A DNA stretch of 63,812 bases, the filler included, from Intoshia linei (taxonomy: Eukaryota > Animalia > Orthonectida): NCBI GenBank assembly GCA_001642005.1. It is 3 parts of 3 records of this genome, joined end to end, with 100 filler letters (N's around TTAATTAATTAA, not from the genome) between each part and the next. Parts side by side here need not be neighbours in the genome. Positions count along the whole stretch, not along the records: positions 30,196 to 43,542 come from LWCA01001019.1; positions 43,643 to 63,812 come from LWCA01000696.1; 1 more part is not named here. One strand, written 5' to 3'. The notes under the pieces are model-generated. The model did not search any database. It was given only the letters and a program-made list of their open reading frames with translations, and was not told the origin of the DNA. Position 1 is the first letter of the stretch, and each line of letters opens with the position of its first letter. Positions 35,349 through 47,900 of the stretch are shown piece by piece. The translations under genes and the position numbers were made by a program.

Positions 35349-36760
35349 TTATAAACCGCAAGATCCTGCAATTTTCTTTCCAGAGGAAATTTTAGTTTTA
35401 GCCTGCGGTCTTTTAATTTCCATATTTATGATACTTAGTACTTTATTTAAATAATTTTTATCTTGTAGAATGTTGTCATGATCACTACGAAATACTTTAC
35501 TCGTTCTGTAAAATATATCGTTACTCCATGATGTATACCACATTAGGGATTCAGTTGGAACAATACCATCTCCAAGAACATAATCATGTATATTGGTTAT
35601 TAAATTATAAGCTTTTATAGTTTTACATCCACTACCATGAAAACTAACAGTGTTTACTTTTGGTTCTTCCAAATGAGCAAATACATTTTTATACAAATCA
35701 TATCTTTTTGCAAGATTAGATGGATCTATTGATTTCAAAATCATGGGCAAATCTTTCACTGTTGCATTCATTTGCGGAAGAATTGCTATAACTTCTTTTT
35801 GATCATATAACTGTATACTTGGCAATAGGGTGTATATTGCAGGAACGCCTCGAATCAAATCAAGAAAATCATCTTTATCAAATTGATCAAAGTTGAAAGT
35901 ATAACCTAATAAATAATAAATATTAAAAAATAATTAATTACCAGAATGTAATAAATATAACATGTATGGGGTTCCTTTCCAGGGAGCAGATGTCGGCATC
36001 AGAACACGAATATTTTCATCTCTCCATTGTTGTGTTTTTTCGTTTATAGCTTTCGTTGCAATGAGTCCACCTAATGAATTAGCTATTATGTCGATGGGTC
36101 CTTTGTTTCTTTTAACACATGATTCTATTTTCTTTATAAGTGCCATTTTGGCATCATCTAAATAAATGTTTACATTGTTCAACTGCTAAAAATACCAATT
36201 TGACCCAATGTATCATACGCAAATGCTTCAGTAGTAATATTGTTTTTTTGTAAGAATTTGACAAGTGTTTTAAATATTATTCCTATATTAATACGTATAT
36301 ATATTATCTTTGAATTTAATTACGATTCTCTACATCGAGACTTTCCAAATTAGGTTTGGAATCATCATAAGAGACGCGAATTACACCTCTCTTATAGGTG
36401 GGGGGGTTTTTGGAATAATCTAAACTACATAATAACATTTTATTTATATGTATATAATTACGAATTTCGGACAGCGAAGCAATTTAGCTGAGGCACCAAG
36501 TTATAATCGAATGTAATGAAATCGAGAAATTTATTACAATTTTTGGAACAATACCATGGCAAGTCCGCATTATTCAACTTAGTGTATTGTCTACTGGAAA
36601 ATAACCCGGGAACTAAATTATTATTTTTAATTAATAGTTGCATCATATGTGGGTAAATATCCTTTTGCGTATAATGTTTCCATGCCGAATCAAAATTTTT
36701 AAAATTTTATAATTTATATTTTACCATAACTATTCCAAAATGATCGACCGAGTGACATTA
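35349..36760 (-). CDS. LCAT / lysosomal phospholipase A2 (PLA2G15)-like lipase; 5' end unresolved
   Basis: Spliced segments encode VPGLFSS..KL..PWYCSK..NCF, FKTLVKFL..FAYD, IDIIANSLGG (nucleophile elbow), SAPWKG, GDGIVP (catalytic Asp) and DHDNIL (catalytic His). Confidence 0.8.
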
Positions 36761-38089
36761 ATTTTGTGTCACTTTTTATCTCAGTGGATCCCAAGCTTGC
36801 TATAAAAATATCAATTTACAACCAAAGATTGATCAACCACTCTATCCATCTTAAATTCGACCAAATTTTTTTCTAATATAAATAGAGTATACAATTTATT
36901 TAATAATATTAATGTGAAAAATTGATCTAATGTTGATGACCTAATTTTTTTATTTCTGGTTTTATATACATATATCTTATTATTATATATATCTGGATTC
37001 ACGTTCAACCAGGTATGATGATGAAAAAGTTATAAGAAGATTTTTTAGATACCGAATCATTTATACTATACTGAAATACATCAAAATTAACATAAAACAA
37101 TGCGTGGCTTTAAAAGTAAATTACATTGTATGGAAAAAAATGTTTTTTATGTTTTTATATTTTTTTTAAATTGCTTCCCCCCCTTCCAATTCACTACAAC
37201 TTAAAATCGCCCTAACTGATTAATACTAATTTTTCAATTTATAATAGTATTTTTAATTTTTGCGACCAGCTGGCCGATACAGCGCATTATTGGCTGGCAC
37301 CCCTGTACATTATCAATGCAAATATAAAATATATTTTAGTAATGTCAATAACTGAATATGTTGTTTTTGAAGGTCAATTTGTTACTGTGTTGTGTAATAA
37401 AAAATGTATAAATTGAGATTTTGTAACAGAAACGCAAAAGAATTGCAGTATTAAAATTTATACCATGGAATAAAATTATATATATTATTAAAATGACTAT
37501 AGATATTGATATTAAAAATACTTATAAGAACAAGTCTGGAGTACGTTGATACGCCTAGAGTATACAATAATATGATTCCTATTAATGAATTTTTCATGTT
37601 TATAAAATTTTTTAATATAATAATGCTATCACCAAACAAAAATGTGTTTAATGATATTGTGCTGGCTAAACCTGTGCAAATACTAATGTTTAACCAGTAT
37701 TTTAATATTGTAAACAAAATCATGTTGTTGTAGCTATATATAGAATAATCCAAATATTGCATCATATAAATTTCAATTAATTCGCTCGGTATTCTCCGTT
37801 GAGGTTACTCTCTACTTTTTTAGATAGGGACAAACTTGAATATTTTTATGTTTTGTTAAAGTTTATCAAAATTATGAAACGAAAGAATTTTTAACCTTTC
37901 GAAATGTGACTGAGGTCAATTATTCTGAAAAAACATTTTCGTTTCCCAAAAATTCATAAATATACTAACAGAATGTACGGTCAGTATGCTAAATAGCCAC
38001 GTTTATTTCGATCGCAAGTCGTACCATTTTGTATCATGATACTCATAATCATAATTCTAAACGCCAATACAGTATAAAAGTAGTATATA

Positions 38090-39020
38090 CAGTCCGACCC
38101 CGGTTTAGGGCGAACCTCGGCAGCGGGCACTTTTTAAATATTGTATTAGTTCCATCATAGAGCGGTTTTACAGCATGATCAATATGACCTGTAGCACAGG
38201 GCCACTCATTAAAAAAGGCCCCCAAATTAATAAAAGTACTTTACATTTATATCTTAAAATGCGGCCCCAATTTATTAAAAAATACTTTACATTTATATCT
38301 TAAGAAACAGTTTATAAGTTTTGAAGTGTGGGAATTCAAATAGTTAGAAAGATAAAAGTTTAAAAAATCAAAGTTCTGGTAATTATTCAATTTAAACAAT
38401 ATTCTACAATGTTCATCATACAATAATGATATAAAAACTGTTTCAAATGATAATATTAAACATTAAAACCTTTCTATTATGTGAATATTCAAAAAAGCAA
38501 TTAGGAAATCTTTGATTATCTCTTATTAATTTTCAACTGTTTATATTATCAAACTTTCATGATAATTGGATAATACAGAATTAAAAATAATATTGACAAA
38601 AAAACAATTTCAAATGAGGATTACAACCTTTCTAAAAAGTAAATATTCAATTAAACAGTAGGAAATCTTTTATTAATTTTCAACAGTTATTACAATCAAA
38701 CTTTCATAATAAGCAAAGGAACTAAACAAATGAAACAAAAAGTAGCATTATTTTTATTTTGTAGTTTGGAAGGGAAAAGCTACAGCCATTGGTAATAAGA
38801 AAAAGTAAGAATCCTCGATGTATGAAAAATTTTTTTCCATCTAATTCGGAGTTTTATATAATTAATAGGTAAATGCATCGATGACAAGCAATATTTTTCA
38901 TGCATGGTTGATGGTTTTAAATTGTGAAATGAAGGATCAAAAAGGAAAGTATATTTATATTAAATGATGAAGATGTCATTTTATAATGGTTCCAGTTTAT
39001 CTCAAACACCACTTCACATA
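38090..39020 (+). mobile_element. Tigger/pogo relic
   Basis: TA|CAGTCCGACCCCG terminus. Remnants KL.PLVI.KSKNPRCMKN, MTSNIFHAWL..N..MK.QKRK and NTTS (DDE_1 domain). Confidence 0.65.
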
Positions 39021-39187
39021 CGCTAAAATTACTATCAGCACTGGAAGATAATTTAAGATTTGTTTTACCAAATTGTCTTAAAGAATTTTATGAATTTAGA
39101 AAAAAAATAAATAAGATAACGGATTATTGTGTAGATTAAATTATTTTTCGTCACCTTTGTTTTTATTAGATATCATGTAAATATAAA

Positions 39188-39419
39188 CTACATCGAGAAT
39201 TTCCAAATTAGGTTTGGAATCATAATAGGGGATGCAAATTACATTTCTCTTATAGGTGGGGAATTTTTGGAATAATCTAAACTACATAACATTTTATTTA
39301 TATGTATATAATTACGAATTTCGGACAGCGAAGCAATTTCGCTGAGGCACCAATTTATAATCGAATTCAATGAAATCGAGAAATTTATCACTCGTTTTGA
39401 AACAATAATATGGCAAGTC
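39188..39419 (-). pseudogene. Two-exon duplicate fragment of the LCAT-like gene
   Basis: Alignable to 36330-36565 including the intron; has a 1-nt deletion in the poly-G tract and is truncated at both ends. Confidence 0.8.
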
Positions 39420-39619
39420 GGTGGTTTTTTATATTTTTATTTTGTACCATTTGAAAATTCAAAATATTTACTAAAATTTTTTTTTTCTAAAAAAATAACT
39501 TTCCATTATTTACCTTGAAGAATGTCCTTCATACTCAATATTCAGATATATTCAATATACCAAATATTAATTTAAATGAAGAAAATTAAACTATGCAAAT
39601 GAATAATTAATAGAGTATT

Positions 39620-40170
39620 TATTGTTGTGATACAAAATTATGTATTTTTTGATATTTTCAGGAGCTAATAGTCTCTGTTTAGTTAGCATTTTTTTTTAAC
39701 AAACTAAAACTTTTTTCTACGTTGACGGACGTAGAAGGAGCGTTCCTTAAAGAATGATATAATATTGGGGATTTGTTTGAATCTAAATTATTGATAATGG
39801 CATATATGTCGTTTTTCGTTAGACGTTTATCAATATAATCCTCTATGCTGCAGGGATCCGAATCAAAGGACAAATTACATAATACATTGTATGCCTTTTC
39901 TATGCTAAATGACGATTCTTGATCCATTTTCTATTACATCTAACAGAGATAAATATGTACATATTTGAATCAAAGCATTGTCTAATCCAAGTTGGATGAC
40001 AGCCACTTTAGCTCGATTTATTATTAAATCATTAAATAAGGCCTTAATTTTAGAATTTTTTAGTTTATAGTGTAAAATATCCGCTGATGTAAATGCCTCC
40101 AAAATTTGGTTAGTAAAATGAGACATTTTAAAAAATTTAGGTAGAAGAGGAGTATCGTTTGGCAATCTGT
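39620..40170 (-). mobile_element. hAT transposase relic (internally deleted)
   Basis: C-terminal APSTSVNVEKSFSLLK (hAT dimerisation-domain S..ER.FS motif); N-terminal EAFTSADI..YKL.N..IK segment. Confidence 0.6.
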
Positions 40171-40545
40171 GTTTTTTTGTGTTTCTGTGAACTTTAATAA
40201 AGTGCCTTTTTTTATAGGAAACTGCAATTGCAATTTATATAATTAAGTGAATTATCAATTCTCTTGAATTCATTAGGATACATTCATTATGTTGTTCATT
40301 TTGAAATGAGATTTTGTAGTTTTTGGCATGCTAAATGGATGTTACATCATTTCGTGATAATCAAAATTTTTCCTGTAAAAGTGAAACTTTTAAAATGAAA
40401 TAGTAGTGTTTATTTTCAATTTCAAAAAAATGACTTTATTAACTTTTAGAAAAATAAAATGACTTTATTAACATTTCAGTCGCATCATTACATCACACAT
40501 CATTATCAATAAATTTCAGAAAAATTGTTTTCAAATTGGTCGATA

Positions 40546-41420
40546 ATGAGACATTTACATATAATTAAAAAGTTGAAATTCTACTCTATTTAAAGAAGGT
40601 AGGAGTAGAGGTTACTTCGCGACTTGGTATAGCGTCTCCCATACCACAATCGGCAGGTTAGTATCTCGAAATGATCCCAAAAGAGGCATAACAAGTGATA
40701 GACTGCGGAAATGAATTGAAAACCATATTAATTTTGTTGTGGAGCGAGTTAATGAAAGTCCTCGTGTTTCATCGATTCAATTGGCTACTGAATTGACTGA
40801 AGAAGTTGGCCTAAATGTATCCTCGAGAACAAGCCGCAATAGGCTAAATGATCGAGGATACCATTCCAGGACACCAACAAAAAAACCATTACTCCGCCCG
40901 ACAAATAAGACCAAGCGATTTGAGATTGCTAGAAAGTGGTTAATATGGACTCCCCAAGATTGGAATAAGATAATATTCAGTGATGAAACAAAAATTAACC
41001 TTTTTGGATCTGATGGAATAAGGCATGTATGGCGAAAAAACAACACCAGACTTGAATCTAAAAATATGACGGCCACTATAAAACACGGTGGTGGTTCTAT
41101 AATGGTTTGGGTTGTTTTTCTTACAATGGAGTGGGGGAGATACATTTTATCGACGGTATCATGGATGCTATAGCATATACGCATATACTTGCTACAAAAC
41201 TACCATTGCCGGCTCGAATTTTGTGCATGGAAGACTACCGTTTTCAACAAGACAATAAGCCGAAACATACGTCCAGTCATGCAAAGTCCAGATATGAACC
41301 CGATTGAACATCTATGGGTTCATATTGAGGTCAAATTGATAAATAAATGCGTTAAAAACAAGACGGAATTGAAATCAGCTGTTCTGGATGTGTGGAGGAA
41401 TATAGACATAAAAATGTCTT
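40546..41420 (+). mobile_element. Tc1-family transposase pseudogene
   Basis: KKPLL..KRF..A..W..IIFSDETKINLFGSDG..VWR, KHGGGSIMVW(G)CFS..GVG, FQQDNKPKHTS, QSPDMNPIEHLW, spread across three frames. Confidence 0.9.
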
Positions 41421-41421
41421 A

Positions 41422-42548
41422 TTATGTTTTTATATTTTTTTTAAATCGCCCTCCCTCCAATTTACCCCAGCTTAAAATCGCATTAACTGATTAATACTAA
41501 TTTTTCAATTTATAATAGTATTTTTAATTTTCGCGATAAGCTAGCCGATACAGCGCATTGTTGGCACTGGTATCAGCATTAAGCTGGCACCCCTGTACAT
41601 TATCAATGCAAATATAAAATATATTTTAGTAATGTCAATAACTAAATATATGGTGTTTTTAAAGGTCAATTTGTTACTGTGTTGTGTAATAAAAAATGTC
41701 TAAATTGAATCTAAATTTGGTAACAAAAACGCAAAAGAATGGCAGTATTAAAATTCTTATTATGGAATACAAATATAATATATATTAAAACATTATTATA
41801 TATATTATTACAATGACTACAGATATTAATATCAAAAATATATATAAGAACAAGTTTGGAGTACGTTGATACGCCTAGACTATACAACAATGATTCCTGG
41901 TAATGAATTTTTCAAAATAACAATCCTATAACCAAGCAAAGATGTGTAATGTTAATTAATCATTAATGGTATTTTGCTGGTTAAACCTGTGCAAATACTA
42001 AGATTGAACTATATTATTTTTATATGGTAAACAAACTCATGTTCTTTTTAGCTATATATGGAATAGAGACATCAATGCCAATTTTTATTTAAATTTATCC
42101 TATATATCCTATATTTTGACAATTTAGTCTGTTTTTAGCACATTCTTAGTTTATTGCATTTTTATTGTGCATGTGAAAATTAAATAACAATTCTTAGTGC
42201 AAAATTATTCACAATATGCATGATTTGCAGTGTAAAAAAATACATTTAGACTAAAAACAGGCTAAAACAAATTATAAATACAGTCAATTCTGGTTTCTTT
42301 AATATGGAATAATGCAAATGTTGCATCATATAAATCTTAATTAATTGTCTCGGTATTCTCCGTTAAAGTTACTACTACTTTTTTAGATAGGTACAAACTT
42401 ATATTTTTATTATGTTTTGTCAATGTTTATCATAACGTTTCGTTTTCCAAAATGCACAAATATTCTAACAGAATGTACGGTCAGTATGCTAAATAGCCAC
42501 GTTTATTTTGATCGCAAGTCGTACCATTTTGTATCATGATAATCATAA
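41422..42548. repeat. Direct-repeat copy of 37147-38053 (tandem segmental duplication remnant)
   Basis: Long colinear similarity, e.g. ggagtacgttgatacgcctaga and aacagaatgtacggtcagtatgctaaatagccacg in both copies. Confidence 0.85.
42064..42301. mobile_element. hAT-like MITE inserted in the duplicate copy only
   Basis: Absent from copy 1. Flanked by atatggaa (42056-42063 and 42302-42309), with imperfect TA.. termini and internal inverted repeats tttagtctgtttttag / ctaaaaacaggctaaa. Confidence 0.65.
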
Positions 42549-43542
42549 TTATATATTTACTTTGTCTCTGTATAAAATATATTCTGCACTATATGAAAAA
42601 ATATATTGCGCATGATGAAGTTAGCCACCCTAGAATCGTAGAGATGGCTAGGTCAGCTTGGTCAGGTCTACAATCACGAGGAACCTACAATTTAAATATA
42701 ATATAATTTAAATAAACAAATTTAATATAGTTTGTTTTGTAATACTCAATTTGCAATGTAAATTACATTACATTGTAATGGGTAATATTGGAAAATTTCA
42801 TTTTTATGATAACTAATGCAATTACAAATTTTTAAACAATTAACAATCAAGTAAACAATGTATAGAAATTCCATTTTTTTAAAAAATTTTTATATTGGCA
42901 TACAATATCCATCTGTTTCAGATCTACTGCTGGCTCTCAACCATTATGTGTAGGGCCTATACAGAACCGTATAAATTTACAAATCAACAAGTGAAATTGA
43001 ATATCGGATTCTCCTTAAATTTTTTATCTACGAATGCCGTATCCCAATATTTATATAATGATGTAATTTTATCCAATGACATGTGTTTTTTGATTTTTAT
43101 CGTTTCAAATTTTAATTCTACATCTACACCTTTTTTCAATTCGTTGATAGAATTCTATTCTAAGAATAGCCAAATATATTTATCAAACGCTATACTTAAC
43201 GATAACTATTATATAAATTGTTAAATATATATATAAAAAATGTATGTATAATACATACATGTAAAATCTATTAATTTATTTGAAATGGTATTTTAAAAAC
43301 GTCTATAAAATAACCAAAATTTGAATATCGATAAAAACCACAAAAATCGAGCTAGAATCAAATTTTAAAAATTGAAATGTAAAGTGCAGCGTGGGTGATG
43401 AGACCGTAAAATATACATCATGACAACTTACCACAATGTTGTTTTGGCAAAAAATAAAGTTAAATTTTTCTATACGATTTTCAAAAGTATATTTAAAATG
43501 ATGAGCGCAACTCGGATAAGTATCATTAGATATTTTTAATTG

Positions 43543-43642
43543 NNNNNNNNNNNNNNNNNNNNNNNNNNNNNNNNNNNNNNNNNNNNTTAATTAATTAANN
43601 NNNNNNNNNNNNNNNNNNNNNNNNNNNNNNNNNNNNNNNNNN
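43543..43642. other. Assembly gap with stop linker
   Basis: 100-nt N-run containing ttaattaattaa. Confidence 0.95.
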
Positions 43643-43699
43643 ATATAGATGTGCTGTAATTATTAAATTGTTTATTTTCAAACAAGCAATGCAATTGTT

Positions 43700-44619
43700 T
43701 TGGTACGTTTATAACTACCAGTCTAGTCTTTGGGCCAATTCAACTCCTATAATACTACAATAATCAGTGACATAAAATATGACAGGGTCAAAATTTCTTA
43801 TACATAGGTAAATACACCTTAAATTAGTAATTGTTGAATTATTGTATCCGTAAATTGTTATATTAGAATATGAAATTTTTGCCTTGGATAAACGGTCTAC
43901 ACAGGATCTATTTATAGTATTAAAACTCGACCCGGTGTCAATCAAAAATTTTACCTCTAATGTTTCTCCATTATGGGATACCTTTTCTATTGTATATGGG
44001 CGTCCCTCTTGTAGTTCACGCGAGTTTATTTCATCTTTTTTTAATTACTTTTAAGACAATTTTTTGCGTTGTGTCCATCTTTTCCACAATTGTAGCAGGA
44101 GAAATTCTTAATTTGTTTAGGTCTGTTTGTAGCGCAAACTAATAGTATATCCTCCTTCACCTTCAGTAACTTGTAGATTTCATCTACCTCAACTCCATCG
44201 ATTAACATATTGGTCGGCAATGTGTAGGAATGTTTTGCATTTGCATTCAATACTTTTGCAAGATTTTCTTTTGTAATTTCGTTATCCCATCCAGCCTTTG
44301 TGCCTAAGTCAACTAACTCATGTCGGAAGCTTATCAGACTTTGATTGAGCTTTTGGTCTAGTCTGTAAAATCTGATTTCATACCTATACTTAGTTTGATA
44401 GGCATAACTTTTGTAAGCTTCTACCGGGCTCATATCGGGAGATTTTGCTTTCTCCTTTCATAAATTCGAGAATTCGTCCTTTTCAAGCTCATCTCAGAGG
44501 AATAGCCATTTCCCTATATCGGTGACACACGTAAGATTCATTAGTGTGACTAATTCGTCTTCAATTTCATCGATGGTCTTAGTTTTCTTATCCACAGCTT
44601 GTTTGTTGTATTTAGACAT
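43700..44619 (-). mobile_element. Ty3/Gypsy-like LTR retrotransposon gag-protease relic
   Basis: Zinc knuckle CYNCGKDGHNAKNC followed by aspartyl protease VKFLIDTGSSFNTI..IIG. Frameshifted and cut by the assembly gap. Confidence 0.8.
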
Positions 44620-44926
44620 AGTTTGTAATTTTTTGTGTTTTAAAAATATAATGTCGTATTTAAAAGTAGTAATGAAAAACGTTTAATTTTTAAAACACGT
44701 TTTTATACCATTTACAATTAATATGAAGTTTATTTTCTATCTTGATCTCTATCTAAGGTTTAGTGTCTAAACTTTGGACTAAATCAAAAATTAAAATCTC
44801 GTACACATATATTGTACTTAGACAAGTCTTAGATCCAAGTTGGATGAAAAATTAAAATTAAAAGGTATATTACCAAAGATACACAGTAAAGTTTTTGCAT
44901 AGTTGATAATTGAAATTTTTGAAATA

Positions 44927-47900
44927 ATGGTAGTGCAATATACAATAGAAAATGTGATTAAAGCTATACAAGGATTGTACCAACCAAACTCTGATAGAAA
45001 AGAATACGAAAACTACTTAATTGGATTTCCAGATTCATGTGAATTTTGGTCAATACTAGATAAAATTCTTTCTGTCAGTGACCACGGTGAAACGGTGTCA
45101 GTATACATGGCACAAGCTCTGAAAAACAAGTGTTTTTATAAATATAATCAAGTGCCATCGACAGAACAATTGGTTTTAATGGAAAAGATTGTACATTACT
45201 ACGTTGGAACCAAATTCAACAATAAGCCTTTATACAATCAATTGGCATCAAGTTTGGCGTATTGCATAATGCAATCCAAAGAATTGATGTCTGTCAGATG
45301 GGTAGTTGATAAATTTACAGACTTGCCTGAAAACAGAAAAAAATTGTTGACATTCCTGAGAATATTCCCAAATACAGTTGAAATGACTATGGCGAAACCT
45401 ATCGGTAGAAAACGTCGGAAAGAACTAAAAGATGACATGATACAATGTTCGTCTATTGTAGTTGAATTTTTGGGCACCATGTATGACGTGCACGATGAAA
45501 AATTGGGAATCGAATGTATAGATGCTTTTTCTTCCTGGATTGTAGACGGTGCAGTAGAACTAAAAGTTGCAGTTTCTTGTAAATTAACTGAAATTATTTT
45601 GACCATATTGAACAATGTATACTCCACTCCTATTCTACATGAAGTTGCAGTGAATTGCATGATGTCTTATGTTGAATTATTTCGTAGGCTGTACATTTAT
45701 AAGGTCCCAGAGACAATAGACATTACGAATCATTTATACAATTTATACACCCCTTTCACTAGGTGTGTTCAACTTGAATATATCGATAAATGCACCAGTT
45801 TTTCTTTTCTCTTTATAGAAATGGGTGAAATGGTTCTGGACATGTATGAAGTTGAACAAAAAATTGTAGATACTAAAATTTTTGAATTACTTTTCAGTTG
45901 TTGCGATTTTCTTGAAGTGGAACTAATTCGGCGTACGCTTCCATTTTGGTCCAGATTTTGTCAAATTGCTTTTACCCACACAAAAACTGAAAATTCAGAG
46001 ATGATTAAATCTTACCTTAACCGCCTTTTAGAAAAATTATACTCTCACGCTGAAATTGACATTGAAAATCCACGTGACAATGATTTGGAAGATTTCCGTT
46101 TTGATTTGCGAGACTTGGTTATTGATATGATTCCTTTAATTGACGTCAACTCCTTTTCCGCCACATTGGTCAATAATTTAAAAAATGCCAACTATGACGG
46201 CGTAACTGGATGGGAAAAGGTTGAGCATGTTATATATTTTCTATCCATGATTATTTTTGAAATAAAAGATGAAACATTTCATGAACATTTAAAACCAGTC
46301 GTCCATACTCTTTTAAAAATACCTCAAACTACACATGAATTGATGCGTGAAACTGTAATTATATTTCTAGGTAAAATTGGGAAATTTTTGGATCTCACCG
46401 AAGAAGAATTGTTTCAGAATGTAGTCAATTGCATTATACTCAATCTTGTCGACAGAGATAGTGTTGATTGGGGTTCTAATTCTTTATGTCGATTGTATAA
46501 ACTTCGCTACAAATATTTCAAATGTAATCTCAATTATATGCCTATTCTGCAAGTTTATATAGAATTGGACAAGAAGAATTTACACAGTTACAATTCTCAC
46601 GATAATTTTAGCGAAAGACTCTTTTCAATTTTTACTACTCTCACTTTGGATGAAGAAATTTCCAAAGCTATTAAATTAATTTGTACGATGCACCTAGAAA
46701 AAATTCAAATAATTTTAACTAATCAAAGCAAAAATGCTACACTGTATTACCCTCACTTGTGTGTTCTTACTACAGCTTTCAGCAAATCGATTTTGAAAAA
46801 TTACAATCAACATCCTTTGTTGGAAATTTTATTTCAGTTTTTCCCTCAATCTTCTCAGATTATTGTAAATAATTTGAATGATGATTATTTAATTGAGAAA
46901 GTGTGCAGATTGTTCAAAAATGCCGTTAGATTACTTAAATTGGAATGTTCTGAATTACTGAACCCCCTTGTTCGTGAAATTTTACCTTTGTATAAAAGTT
47001 CTAAACATTCCAGCTTTATTTATCTAGCATCCATCTTGGTTGATGTTTACGGTGAAAATACATCGTTAATTAATGGATTTGTGCATGTTTTACAAACATT
47101 TTGGACGAATATGCAGGAAGTCGACGAGGAGGGAAAGTCTTTTAAACAGTATGGCGAAACTATTGAAGATTTTTTCAGGTTGTGTTATAAAATTAGTACC
47201 AAACAACCCCTAATTTTTATTGAAAGCAATATTTTTCCGGAAATTTTAAATTATGCTGTTGAAAATATTTCAAATACTTACCGTCATTCTCTTGAAGCTG
47301 TTGTCACGTTTTTGAACGAATTTATCCGATTTCTAAGGAAAAATGTAATTTTTTTGTGAAATAATTTTTTGTTGGGCACAGAAATTTATTGACCATATTT
47401 TTTGCACTGTGGTAGTGTTTATTCTAAAAAATTTCGATCAGATAAAGAATTACATATTGTATTTAATTAATTATTATAGTAGATCTCGTATACGTTTTTA
47501 GAGGTACCAGTATGAAAACGGTTAAATTTTTACAATTAAACACTTTAATTGTACTCGTGTTTTAATATGTTAAATTTGAATTGGTATAGTTAGATTTTGG
47601 TACATGTATCTGTAAGGAAACAATTTTGTATTCTTACTTAGATAGGGTAGAATTTGGTAGAAATGTCAGTCTTTGTGTTTATGTAACCAAATAAATCGTT
47701 TTCTCAATAAAGAGAAAACTGAAAATTTCATAAATTTTAAAAACAAAATTTTAAGTCAGTTTTTGCCGGTGCACAAAATAAGATATATTTCAAACATAAA
47801 AATTTTTACCTTCACAGCCAAAACCACAAATTACTTTTTTTTAATAAAGAGTCTTAATAAAAACAAATTTTGCGACTGTTTTTAAAATTATCAGCATTGT

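Noticed and set aside
35349-35400. Basic C-terminus ending SCGL as a possible prenylation signal
   Set aside because: The Cys is third from the end, so it is not a CaaX box.
37451-37765. 104-aa hydrophobic ORF inside the duplicated block
   Set aside because: No recognisable motif, composition is explained by AT richness, and the second copy has stops.
42895-43224. 109-aa ORF and a partly open antisense frame
   Set aside because: No ATG start or domain on plus, stops on minus; cannot be supported as a gene.
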